Shown: in pieces, positions 32,301 to 40,024 of the stretch
How the letters are laid out: every line of letters starts with the position of its first letter
How positions within the stretch are numbered: the stretch's first letter is position 1
NCBI RefSeq assembly: GCF_035273305.1
Contig: NZ_DATEPI010000104.1
Location: forward strand, 4,979-68,978
DNA length: 64,000 bases
Reading direction: 5' to 3'
Source of the DNA: Bradyrhizobium sp.
GTDB lineage: Bacteria; Pseudomonadota; Alphaproteobacteria; Rhizobiales; Xanthobacteraceae
Notes under the pieces: generated by a model
Databases searched by the model: none
What the model was told of the DNA's origin: nothing
Seen by the model: the letters and a program-made list of their open reading frames with translations, nothing else
Translations under genes and position numbers: made by a program

Positions 32301-32531
32301 ATCGCCGAGCGCAACGATGCGCGGTAGCAGCACGGCATCTGCGCGCATCTCGTCCAGAAATATTTCGCGAGCCAAGCGTCCTGCGCGACGGGTCGGCAAG
32401 TACAGGGTCACCTGCGGCAGTCTCTGGGGGTTGCTGCGCGCCTCGAAACCATCCACCAGGCGGCCGTCGACCAACGCGGCGATTACGGTACGCAGAAAGG
32501 GCACAGAAACTGGAACGCTGAAAACGCGCAT
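29382..32531 (-). CDS. addB: Double-strand break repair protein AddB
   Basis: YLPTRRA, LSVTAIEDWLRDPY, RADRIE...ILDYKTG; overlaps the addA start. Confidence 0.95.
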   Translation of the reverse strand: MRVFSVPVSVPFLRTVIAALVDGRLVDGFEARSNPQRLPQVTLYLPTRRAGRLAREIFLDEMRADAVLLPRIVALGDIEEDELAFAEESEQFGGAAPLDIPPRLGELERKLTLAKLVAAWANGPVLAPLVVGGPASTLALAGDLARLMDDMVTRGVGWEALDGLVPDQLDQYWQHSLEFLRIARQAWPAHLQEIGKIEPALRRDLLISAEAKRLSANHDGPVIAAGSTGSMPATAKFLHAVSALPQGVVVLPGLDTAIEEEAWQVLGGVKNARGEFTSAPVSNHPQFAMHALLRRFGIKRDDVQTLGQSAPQGREVLVSETMRPSSVTARWHQRLAEPEIAEKISRGMANLAVIEAENPEMEALSIAIAMREARHLGKSAALVTPDRALARRVIAALGRWNLAFDNSGGDALMETSAGIFARLIAEAAANRLEPPTLLALLKHPLCRLGGSPGAFHHDMETLELALLRGTRPQTGTSGLANDFSRFRRELAKHRRGETSSLHGSEPRTRLADRELDGAQILIERLQAALSPLESLVVHSKPHDLVELAERHRSALLDLTRDEHGVALAFDGQDGSALATAFDDILGGESQSGLLVALGDYPDVFQTAFADRMVRRPEAADVQLKIYGPLEARLTQSDRIIIGGLVEGVWPPAPRVDPWLSRPMRHELGLDLPERRIGLSAHDFAQLLGADDVILSHATKVGGAPAVASRFLHRLEAVAGEKRWTAAKSAGAKYARFATELDRPEKVEPIPQPEPRPPRSARPLKLSVTAIEDWLRDPYTIYARHILRLNPLDPVDMPLSAADRGSAIHEALGEFTKTFSAALPEDPARALRVIGEKYFAPLMERPEARALWWPRFQRIAKWFADWETGRRSNLDRIDAEIRGEIKIPLDAERSFVLSARADRIEGRRDRSFAILDYKTGQPPTGKQVRMGLSPQLTLEAAILREGGFERIPAGSSVSELGYVRLSGNNPPGEQKPLELKLKTGDAAQPPDQAAHEARQKLETLIRAFDDESRPYTSLNLSMWAKRYGPYDDLARIKEWSAAGGLGLEEW

Positions 32532-32608
32532 GGGCTGCCTGATTCGGGATCAGGCGACATCATGGCACGGCCGCATAGCCGTTGCTAATTGAACTGAAGC
32601 GACTCGCG

Positions 32609-33331
32609 CTACGCGACGCTTGCGAGAAATGCCTCTTCCGCCGCATCCACCGCGTCAGGAGTTCCCACATGCATCCACATGCCGTCCAGCCGGAGCCCGA
32701 ATAGCCGCTCCTGCTCGTTGGCCCGGTCGAATATCCTGGTAAGCGAAAATTCGCCGGGTGGCGCGCCGGCGAATACGGCCGGCGACATGATCGCGGCGCC
32801 GGCATAGACGAATGGAACCACTTGGTGTTCCCTGCGCTTGCGCAAGGCGCCATCGGCGAGCATGCCGTAGTCGCCGCGTCCGCTGTAGCCGACGCTGGTT
32901 GTCGTTGGCGCCATCAGCAACAGTATGTCCATGCGCGTCGGTTCGAACGATTCCGCCAGACGCGCCAGGTTCGGTCGTACGCCGTCGATCCAAAGCGTGT
33001 CCGCGTTGACGTGAAAAAACGGTGCGGTCCCGAGCAAAGGCAACGCCCTCACGACACCGCCGCCAGTGCCGAGTACCTCGTCGCGCTCATCGGAGATGAT
33101 AACGCGGGGCCGCTTGCGCTTGGCGACATGGTTGATGATCTGATCTGGCAGATAATGCACGTTGACCACGGCTTCGTCGGCCCCGGCATCAGCGAGCTTG
33201 TCCAGAACATGATCCAGCAGCGGACGGCCGGCCACACGAACCAATGGCTTCGGCGTCCCGTCGGTCAGGGGGCGCATGCGCACGCCGAGTCCGGCTGCGA
33301 GTATCATGGCTTTGGTGGGTCTGACGGACAT
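32609..33331 (-). CDS. murU: Nucleotidyltransferase (MurU-like)
   Basis: AMILAAGLGVRMRPLTDGTPKPLV, LGTGGG, WMHVGTP; close to an amgK-like gene. Confidence 0.8.
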   Translation of the reverse strand: MSVRPTKAMILAAGLGVRMRPLTDGTPKPLVRVAGRPLLDHVLDKLADAGADEAVVNVHYLPDQIINHVAKRKRPRVIISDERDEVLGTGGGVVRALPLLGTAPFFHVNADTLWIDGVRPNLARLAESFEPTRMDILLLMAPTTTSVGYSGRGDYGMLADGALRKRREHQVVPFVYAGAAIMSPAVFAGAPPGEFSLTRIFDRANEQERLFGLRLDGMWMHVGTPDAVDAAEEAFLASVA

Positions 33332-33458
33332 GTCGGGGTTATCTAAAGGGGATCTATCGGTTGCATTTAAGAATCATAACACGTCAATTCGCTTCGCGCA
33401 TGGCCAGTCTCGGTGCAATAACCGGACGAGATGACGGTTATACGACCGCTGTGGCGGA

Positions 33459-33779
33459 TTAAACTTCCGCGCCCAACGGTGCGCGTTTTCCGCCCTTCTT
33501 TTTCTTGTCGCCCGTTTTCAGGAAATTGACCCCGATCTGGTCGCCATTGACCCACGCCAGTTCACAGCGGCGATATGCAAGACCGGTGGATGAAAGCAAG
33601 AGGAAGAATTCCTTTAGATGCAAACCTTCGACGGAGCCTTCTACGCTGAGCTTGGCGCCGGTTTCCGAAATGTCTTCCATCATGCACTCGCGTCGCCAAG
33701 TGCCATCAATACCCATCATTTGGGCGGGAACACCGCGCTCAAATGTGACGCGCTCGCCCTTGCGCCTTTCTGCCGCCAT
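33459..33779 (-). CDS. Single-domain PilZ protein
   Basis: RxxxR (RKGER) and DxSxxG (DISETG) c-di-GMP motifs; RRCELAWVNGDQIGVNF. Confidence 0.85.
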   Translation of the reverse strand: MAAERRKGERVTFERGVPAQMMGIDGTWRRECMMEDISETGAKLSVEGSVEGLHLKEFFLLLSSTGLAYRRCELAWVNGDQIGVNFLKTGDKKKKGGKRAPLGAEV

Positions 33780-33866
33780 TGATCCGCTCCAGCCCACACA
33801 TCCGCGCCCCGCGCAGATGTCAGGGTACAGCCCACCATAAAAGCGCGGGCGCTAATAACTGGTAAA

Positions 33867-35390
33867 CTAAGCCTGCGGAGGAGGCACGTTGGTCGCGTAC
33901 CAATCCCTGACGCGCTCCAGCGAAGGATGTGCCAGCGAACGAATGAGATAGGTCCAGATTCGGGGCTGATGGCGCAAATATTGCGGCTTGCCGTCGCGCC
34001 GGTTCAGCCTCGCAAATGTGCCGAGCAGCCGAGTATTCCGTTGCGCCGACATGAGCGCATAGAGCTCGGCGAACCCGGCAGCGTCGAACGTATTGTCGAA
34101 GGCGCGCCGCGCCTTGATGTACCGCGTCAACAACAAAAGCTCGAGCTGCTCCGGCACATCGATCCGCGCGTCCTGCAACAGCGATACCAGATCGTAGGAG
34201 GTCGGACCGAGCACGGCGTCCTGGAAGTCGATGATTCCCACCCGCGCGATGCCCTCCCGTTCGCCGAGCCAGATCAGGTTGGGGGAATGAAAATCTCGCA
34301 GCACCCAGGTTCCGGGAGCGGAGCTGGCCTCCCTCAACAGATCGCGCCATATGGCGGTGAATTCCGCACGCTTGTCGCTATTGAGTGCGACGCCACGATC
34401 CGGCAGGTACCATTCGGGCATCAAGCCGAGCTCCACCAGCATTGCACCAGTGTCGAATGCCGGGATGGTGTAGGTGAGCTGCGAGCCCAAAAAGAGAGTT
34501 TCAGGCAGCGTTTCACGATGCAGTGCCGCCAGGGCGTCGGTCGCGGCTTCATACCGTCGGACGATCGGCCGAGGTGGGTTGCCTTCGATAATACCTTCGC
34601 TGCCGAAGTCTTCAGTGATCAGGAATCCAGCATCGAGATCGGCGTGATGTATGGCCGGCGCGGAGAAGCCGCGCTCGCGCAGGCCTCCGGCCATGGCGAC
34701 GAACGGCTTGACGTCCTCTGCCAGGTGCACGGCGGCGCTATATGACTTTCCATCATAGATCGGGGGACCGTCCGGTCGCCGCGGCGAGTTCATCAGTATG
34801 GCAGCGCCATCATCGCGCAACAGGCGGGCGTAGGAACGCGTCGAGGCATCGCCGGTCATGCGCTGGCGTTTCGCAGCTGTATAACCCGAAGCGTCGAGAA
34901 AGCTCAGGAGCGCTTGCAATCTGGCGACCTGCGCGGCGGCCTTGCCGTATCCAGTAATCTCAGCCGCGCGTGCTGTTGATCCCAAGGCCGGACGGTGAGC
35001 GAGCGCGATATCAATGCGGTCCGAGGGCAACGCCGACGGGGCGCGCTCCGGCCATTCGATTAGCGCGACAGCACCTTCTGGCAAGGGCGATAGGCCAATC
35101 TCTTCCAGTTCGATCGGATCGTTGACGCGGTAAAGATCCGCATGGAGCAGCGGATACGGCGGCAATTCATAAACCTGCACCAAAGTGAAGGTCGGGCTTG
35201 GGACCTCCAACGCATCGTCACCGGCTAGATAGCGGATCATGGCCCGCGCCGCTGCGGTTTTGCCGGCGCCGAGGTCGCCGGAAAGCGTGATCAGGTCGCC
35301 AGGACCAAGCAAAAGGGCCAGATTGGCCATCAGATTTGCGGTCGCGGTTTCGTTGGATAGCGCCACCGACAATGTCGTCGGCTCGGTCAT
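33867..35390 (-). CDS. tsaE: TsaE ATPase fused to an AmgK-like phosphotransferase
   Basis: N-terminal GDLGAGKT, VPSPTFTL, HADLYR, IEW; C-terminal GDASTRSYARL, RDFHSPNL, IIDFQDA. Confidence 0.9.
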   Translation of the reverse strand: MTEPTTLSVALSNETATANLMANLALLLGPGDLITLSGDLGAGKTAAARAMIRYLAGDDALEVPSPTFTLVQVYELPPYPLLHADLYRVNDPIELEEIGLSPLPEGAVALIEWPERAPSALPSDRIDIALAHRPALGSTARAAEITGYGKAAAQVARLQALLSFLDASGYTAAKRQRMTGDASTRSYARLLRDDGAAILMNSPRRPDGPPIYDGKSYSAAVHLAEDVKPFVAMAGGLRERGFSAPAIHHADLDAGFLITEDFGSEGIIEGNPPRPIVRRYEAATDALAALHRETLPETLFLGSQLTYTIPAFDTGAMLVELGLMPEWYLPDRGVALNSDKRAEFTAIWRDLLREASSAPGTWVLRDFHSPNLIWLGEREGIARVGIIDFQDAVLGPTSYDLVSLLQDARIDVPEQLELLLLTRYIKARRAFDNTFDAAGFAELYALMSAQRNTRLLGTFARLNRRDGKPQYLRHQPRIWTYLIRSLAHPSLERVRDWYATNVPPPQA

Positions 35391-37906
35391 TCCGCGGCGT
35401 TGCGATGCGCGGACTGCTCGATCGGAAAATCGCAGGTCACAGTCGTGCCCTTGCCGACGATGGAATCGACTCGCACCTTGCCTCCGTGCAGTTCGACAAA
35501 GGAACGAACCAGCGACAGCCCGAGCCCGGCGCCGCGATGGCGGGAACCGTGCGAGTGACTTTCGAACCAGTCGAACACTTTATCTTTAACATCGGGCGGA
35601 ATCCCCGGGCCGGAATCGGTCACCGTGAACGTAACGCTATGCTCGGTGCGTCGGGCGCTCAAGCCCACCGTAGCATCGTGGGGCGAGAAACCGACGGCGT
35701 TGGCGAGCAGATTATATAGCACTTGCACGACACGGCGCTCGTCTCCGATGAAGCTGCCGATATTGTCGTCGATATCGACCTTGAGTTTGATGCGATCGGT
35801 CGCCAAACGGTCCTGGATGCCTTCGGCGGCGGCCTCGATCGTTTTGCGTATGTCGACAATTCCCAAATTGAGCGACATCGCGCCGGCATCGATGGTTGCG
35901 AGATCGAGGATGTTGTTGATGATCGCAAGCAGCGCGTTAGTGGACGTCGTGATGTAGGCCAGATATTCGGCCTGTTTTGCGGTCAGCGGGCCGGTAACGG
36001 GGTCACTCAGGAAATGCGCAAATCCGATGATGGTAGTCAGGGGCGAGCGCAGCTCATACGAAACGTGATGGACGAAATCGACCTTCATCTGATCGGCGGT
36101 CTCAAGCGCCTCGTTGCGCTCGCGCAACGCGCGCTCGACATTTTCGGCGTCGCTGATGTCCTGGAACGTCAGCATCGTGGCGCCGTCGGGCAGCGGCATG
36201 GTCATGCAATCGAGCACGCTACCGTCACGCCGCTCCAGCTTGAGCGGCACCTGCACGCGATTTTCAATCGCGGTAATCGCTTCGCGGATCGTGCGCCACG
36301 TGTTCGCTTCATCGAACAGCGGCCGACACCAGGCTTCAACGGCTTCGATATGAGGCTGCTCGCGGAGGGCGTCGGGTGACAGCTTCCACATTTTCGCAAA
36401 AGCCGGATTGAATAATTGCGCTCGGCCGTTGCTGCCGAACACCGCAACCGCCTCGGCGAGATTGTCGAGGGTTTCACGCTGCACCCGGATCAGGCCGTCG
36501 AACCGGCGGGCGAGGTCGAGGCTTTCGGTAACGTCATCGAACAGGTAGGTGACGCCGCCTTCCGGGTTGGGGGTGGTGACGACGCTGACAGCGCGGCCAT
36601 CCGGGAGGTACCAGGTATCCTTGGTGGGTTCGACCGCGCGGTAAGCCTCATGCAGCTTGGCTTTCCAGGCGCGGAAATCCGGCTGCTCCGGGAGTTTGCG
36701 TGCCGCGCGTAGCCGATCCAGCACGCTGGAATCATCGGGATTGGCGTCGAGAAACGTCCGGTCGAGATCCCACAGGCGGCGATAGGAATCGTTGTAGAAC
36801 GCGAGGCGCCGAAGTCCATCGAATACGGCGACACCGGACGACAATTGATCGAGCGTGCGGCGATGAGCCTCCGCCATCCGTACCAGCGCTGCGCCGAGCG
36901 CGGTGGCTTCGCTGGCGTCGATGGCGATACCGGCGCTTCCGCTGTCGAGCTTGAGCGCATGCACGTCATAAACGCGGCGCTCACCGCCAACTACGATCGG
37001 CAGCCGCCCGGCGAATTCCGACTGGTGACTGAGCGCGCGGCTCATGATTTCGCGCTGGTCGGTTTCGAGCAATTCGAGGTCGCGATCAATCGCGTCCGCG
37101 GTACTTACGGCTTCGGTGGCTTTCGCATAGGCGGCGTTGGCATAGCGCAGCCTGCCTTGGGCGCCCTTGGCCCAAATCGGCCAAGGCAGGGCGGCGGCGA
37201 AATCGCGCAACAGCTCGGTTTCCTCCAGCAGTGCCTTATATCGCAGATTCGATTCCGCCAGCTCGCGGCGGACACCACCCAGTTCGCGAATCCGAACAAT
37301 GGCTTGCCCGCCGATCGCCCGACCCATGGCCTCGATCGCGCGTCCATTTGACGTGCTGAGATTAAGCAGGAAGCCTTCGCCGGCCTCGCGCAGTGCGTCG
37401 AGCGCGTGGTCCATTTGCAGGGCCGGTTCGGGCGGCAACCAGGTTCCGAACGCAAGGATGCGCTGCGGTGGATGTTGCGCGGACTGCTGCGGCATCAGTA
37501 GAGACGTGTCGCCGCTGATTTCGGGACGATCGTCGCCGGCCGCCCACGATATCAGGATCTGCGGCTCCGCGAACAACAGCGCCCGGAAGCGGTCGGCCTG
37601 CGCCTGCAGTTCGCCGACTTCCGCTCTGAGCCGAGCCTCGTTTTTGGCGGCGCGGAGGCGGGTTCGCATTAACAGGATCGCCGCCAGCACCGAAAACCCA
37701 AGCAGCGCGAGCGCGGTGGTAAGCACCGCGAATTCCTGCCGATTGAGATCGAGATAGCCCGAGAGGGCTTCTATAACAGACGATTCATCAGCCTTGGCGG
37801 ATTTAACCGAGACGAATGCCGCGGCCACAAGTGCGACCACGCCGTGGCGTGCCAATGTTGTGCACGACAGCAGGGTCCGACGCATCGTAACGATCACGCC
37901 TGACAT
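35387..37906 (-). CDS. divL: DivL-like PAS-domain pseudo-histidine kinase
   Basis: Multiple PAS-like segments; H-box VSYELRSPL (Tyr at the His position); HATPase motifs NLLANA, DSGPGI, GAGLGL. Confidence 0.85.
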   Translation of the reverse strand: MSGVIVTMRRTLLSCTTLARHGVVALVAAAFVSVKSAKADESSVIEALSGYLDLNRQEFAVLTTALALLGFSVLAAILLMRTRLRAAKNEARLRAEVGELQAQADRFRALLFAEPQILISWAAGDDRPEISGDTSLLMPQQSAQHPPQRILAFGTWLPPEPALQMDHALDALREAGEGFLLNLSTSNGRAIEAMGRAIGGQAIVRIRELGGVRRELAESNLRYKALLEETELLRDFAAALPWPIWAKGAQGRLRYANAAYAKATEAVSTADAIDRDLELLETDQREIMSRALSHQSEFAGRLPIVVGGERRVYDVHALKLDSGSAGIAIDASEATALGAALVRMAEAHRRTLDQLSSGVAVFDGLRRLAFYNDSYRRLWDLDRTFLDANPDDSSVLDRLRAARKLPEQPDFRAWKAKLHEAYRAVEPTKDTWYLPDGRAVSVVTTPNPEGGVTYLFDDVTESLDLARRFDGLIRVQRETLDNLAEAVAVFGSNGRAQLFNPAFAKMWKLSPDALREQPHIEAVEAWCRPLFDEANTWRTIREAITAIENRVQVPLKLERRDGSVLDCMTMPLPDGATMLTFQDISDAENVERALRERNEALETADQMKVDFVHHVSYELRSPLTTIIGFAHFLSDPVTGPLTAKQAEYLAYITTSTNALLAIINNILDLATIDAGAMSLNLGIVDIRKTIEAAAEGIQDRLATDRIKLKVDIDDNIGSFIGDERRVVQVLYNLLANAVGFSPHDATVGLSARRTEHSVTFTVTDSGPGIPPDVKDKVFDWFESHSHGSRHRGAGLGLSLVRSFVELHGGKVRVDSIVGKGTTVTCDFPIEQSAHRNAAE

Positions 37907-38077
37907 ATTTGCCCCAAACCACACGAATTTGCGCCCGGTGACCCCCCACCGTGCGCGAATCGATTGACAATATCCTCTTCCGGACTCGAGGGGTAAGAGT
38001 CCAGATCGTGAACGCGAATCCGCTCGCCCAAAAATGGGTATTAACCTGTGCGTGCTTGTTGAGTAGCTGTTGAGAAA

Positions 38078-38536
38078 TCAGCGTCCGGTCGAACCAAATC
38101 CGCCGCCGCCGCGTTCGGTCGAGGACAGCGACGTCGTCGCAACCAGTTCCGCCCTCACCACGGCCGCGATTACCATTTGCGCGATCCGCTCGCCCCGCCG
38201 AATCGCAAACGGCGCGTCGCCGTGGTTGATTAGGAGAACGGTTATCTCGCCGCGATAATCCGCATCGATCGTGCCGGGGGCATTCAGCACGGTGATGCCG
38301 TGCTTTGACGCGAGTCCCGATCGTGGACGAACCTGCGCCTCGGTGCCTCCGGGCAAGGCCACCGAGATGCCCGTCGGCACCAATACGCGCTGGCCCGGCG
38401 ACAGAGTTATCGGAGAGTCCTCCGGGACGGCAGCGAGCAGGTCGAGTCCGGCGGCGTGGGCGGTCTGATAGGCTGGCAGCATCAGGCCCTGGCCGTGCGG
38501 CAGCCGCCGCACCTCGACTTTGATGGCTGAACTCAC
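38078..38536 (-). CDS. dut: dUTP diphosphatase
   Basis: [37 protein letters not shown]; GTG start overlaps the coaBC stop. Confidence 0.97.
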   Translation of the reverse strand: MSSAIKVEVRRLPHGQGLMLPAYQTAHAAGLDLLAAVPEDSPITLSPGQRVLVPTGISVALPGGTEAQVRPRSGLASKHGITVLNAPGTIDADYRGEITVLLINHGDAPFAIRRGERIAQMVIAAVVRAELVATTSLSSTERGGGGFGSTGR

Positions 38537-39969
38537 GATTTTCCTCCGACGGTCTCGGCGATGCGCGCGACCAGCGCCGTGGCAACTTCCTGTTTGGTCA
38601 TCACCGGCCAGGAGTCGACTTTGATTTCCCCATCCACGCGGCTCAGCAGATGGACCGTATTGCGGTCGCCGCCCATAACACCCGTATCTGGTGAGACATC
38701 GTTGGCGACGATCCAGTCGCAGCCCTTGCGGGCCAGCTTTGCTTTGGCATTCTCGATCAGCATTTCGGTTTCGGCGGCGAAGCCGATCACGAGCTTTGGG
38801 CGGCCGTCCTTCAATTTTGAAATCGTTGCGAGGATGTCTGGATTTTCGATCAGTTGCAGTGGGGGCATGCCGGCGGAAGTCTTTTTTAGTTTCTGCTCGC
38901 CCTGCTCCGCAACGCGCCAGTCAGCGACAGCCGCCGCGAAGATCGCGATATCCGCGGGAAGAGCGGCTTCCACTCGCCGCAGCATGTCGCGCGCGGATTC
39001 CACATGCTGGACTTTAACGCCAGGGGGATCATCGATATCGACCGGACCGGAAATCAGCGCGACCTCGGCTCCGGCAGTAGCTGCCGCAGCGGCGATCGCA
39101 AACCCCTGTTTCCCGGAAGAGCGATTGGCGATGTAGCGTACCGGATCGATCGGCTCGTGGGTGGGCCCTGCGGTAATGAGAACGCGCTTTCCCGCCAGCG
39201 GTTGCGGCTGCGCCCGATGCAGCAGGCGCTCTGCTGCGGATGCTATCTCGATCGGTTCTGCCATCCGCCCGAGGCCCGCCTCCCCCGCTTCTGCCATTTC
39301 GCCAGTGTTGGGTCCGACCAATGCGACACCGTCCCGTTCGAGCTGGACGACGTTGCGGCGGGTAGCGGCGTTGTTCCACATCAGAGGGTTCGTCGCCGGC
39401 GCGAGCAGGATCGGACGATTGGTGGCGAGCAGAATGGCACTTGCGAGATCGTCGGCAAGACCATTTGCCATCTTCGCCATCAGATCCGCGGTGGCCGGCG
39501 CCACGACAATCAGATCGCACTCGCGCGCCAGCCGGATATGGCCCGCGTCGAACTCGCTTTGCGGGTCGAACAAATCTGTGTAGCAGCGCTCGTTCGAGAG
39601 CGCGCTTGCGGCAAGCGGAGTTACAAATTGCTGCGCCGCTTTGGTCAGCACGCACCGGACGCGGATTCGCCGCTCTTTCATCCTGCGGATCAGGTCAAGG
39701 GCCTTATAGGCGGCAATGCCGCCGCCGATGATCAGTGTAACCCGAGCCTTGTCGAACACGTCAGGGCGGCTTGGGCCGCGCATAGATGCCTGGACAGGGC
39801 GTGGAATGGCTTGCGGCTGCGTGGCTTCGAATTCGTAGGGCACACCTTCTATGGTTTGCCGCAGGATTACCCGGACCTCCTCCTCGACAGAACGGCCATT
39901 CTTGGCCGAACGAAGCCGCAGATAGGTCTTGATGGTCTCGTCGAGCTTGCGGATCGTTATGCTGGCCAT
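38533..39969 (-). CDS. coaBC: Bifunctional CoaBC (Dfp) with N-terminal FitA/Arc-like RHH domain
   Basis: CoaC: [26 protein letters not shown]. CoaB: [48 protein letters not shown]. Residues 1-42 are RHH-like. Confidence 0.95.
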   Translation of the reverse strand: MASITIRKLDETIKTYLRLRSAKNGRSVEEEVRVILRQTIEGVPYEFEATQPQAIPRPVQASMRGPSRPDVFDKARVTLIIGGGIAAYKALDLIRRMKERRIRVRCVLTKAAQQFVTPLAASALSNERCYTDLFDPQSEFDAGHIRLARECDLIVVAPATADLMAKMANGLADDLASAILLATNRPILLAPATNPLMWNNAATRRNVVQLERDGVALVGPNTGEMAEAGEAGLGRMAEPIEIASAAERLLHRAQPQPLAGKRVLITAGPTHEPIDPVRYIANRSSGKQGFAIAAAAATAGAEVALISGPVDIDDPPGVKVQHVESARDMLRRVEAALPADIAIFAAAVADWRVAEQGEQKLKKTSAGMPPLQLIENPDILATISKLKDGRPKLVIGFAAETEMLIENAKAKLARKGCDWIVANDVSPDTGVMGGDRNTVHLLSRVDGEIKVDSWPVMTKQEVATALVARIAETVGGKS

Positions 39970-39985
39970 CGGCAGGGTCCAAATG

Positions 39986-40024
39986 TGATATCAATGATAC
40001 CACATTTTGCAATCATTGCAATCA
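39986..40024. promoter_or_regulatory. Four-box operator-like array overlapping a predicted coaBC promoter
   Basis: TGATATCA(39986)-A-TGATACCA(39995)-CATTT-TGCAATCA(40008)-T-TGCAATCA(40017). Minus strand gives TTGCAA(40021-40016)-N16-TATCAT(39999-39994) with extended -10 TG. Confidence 0.7.

Noticed and set aside
33367-33380. CtrA site upstream of murU
   Set aside because: TTAA and TAAC are separated by the wrong spacing for TTAA-N7-TTAA.
39986-40024. Box array as a CRISPR or mobile-element end
   Set aside because: Units are 8 bp with 1-5 nt spacers, and there are no cas or transposase genes.
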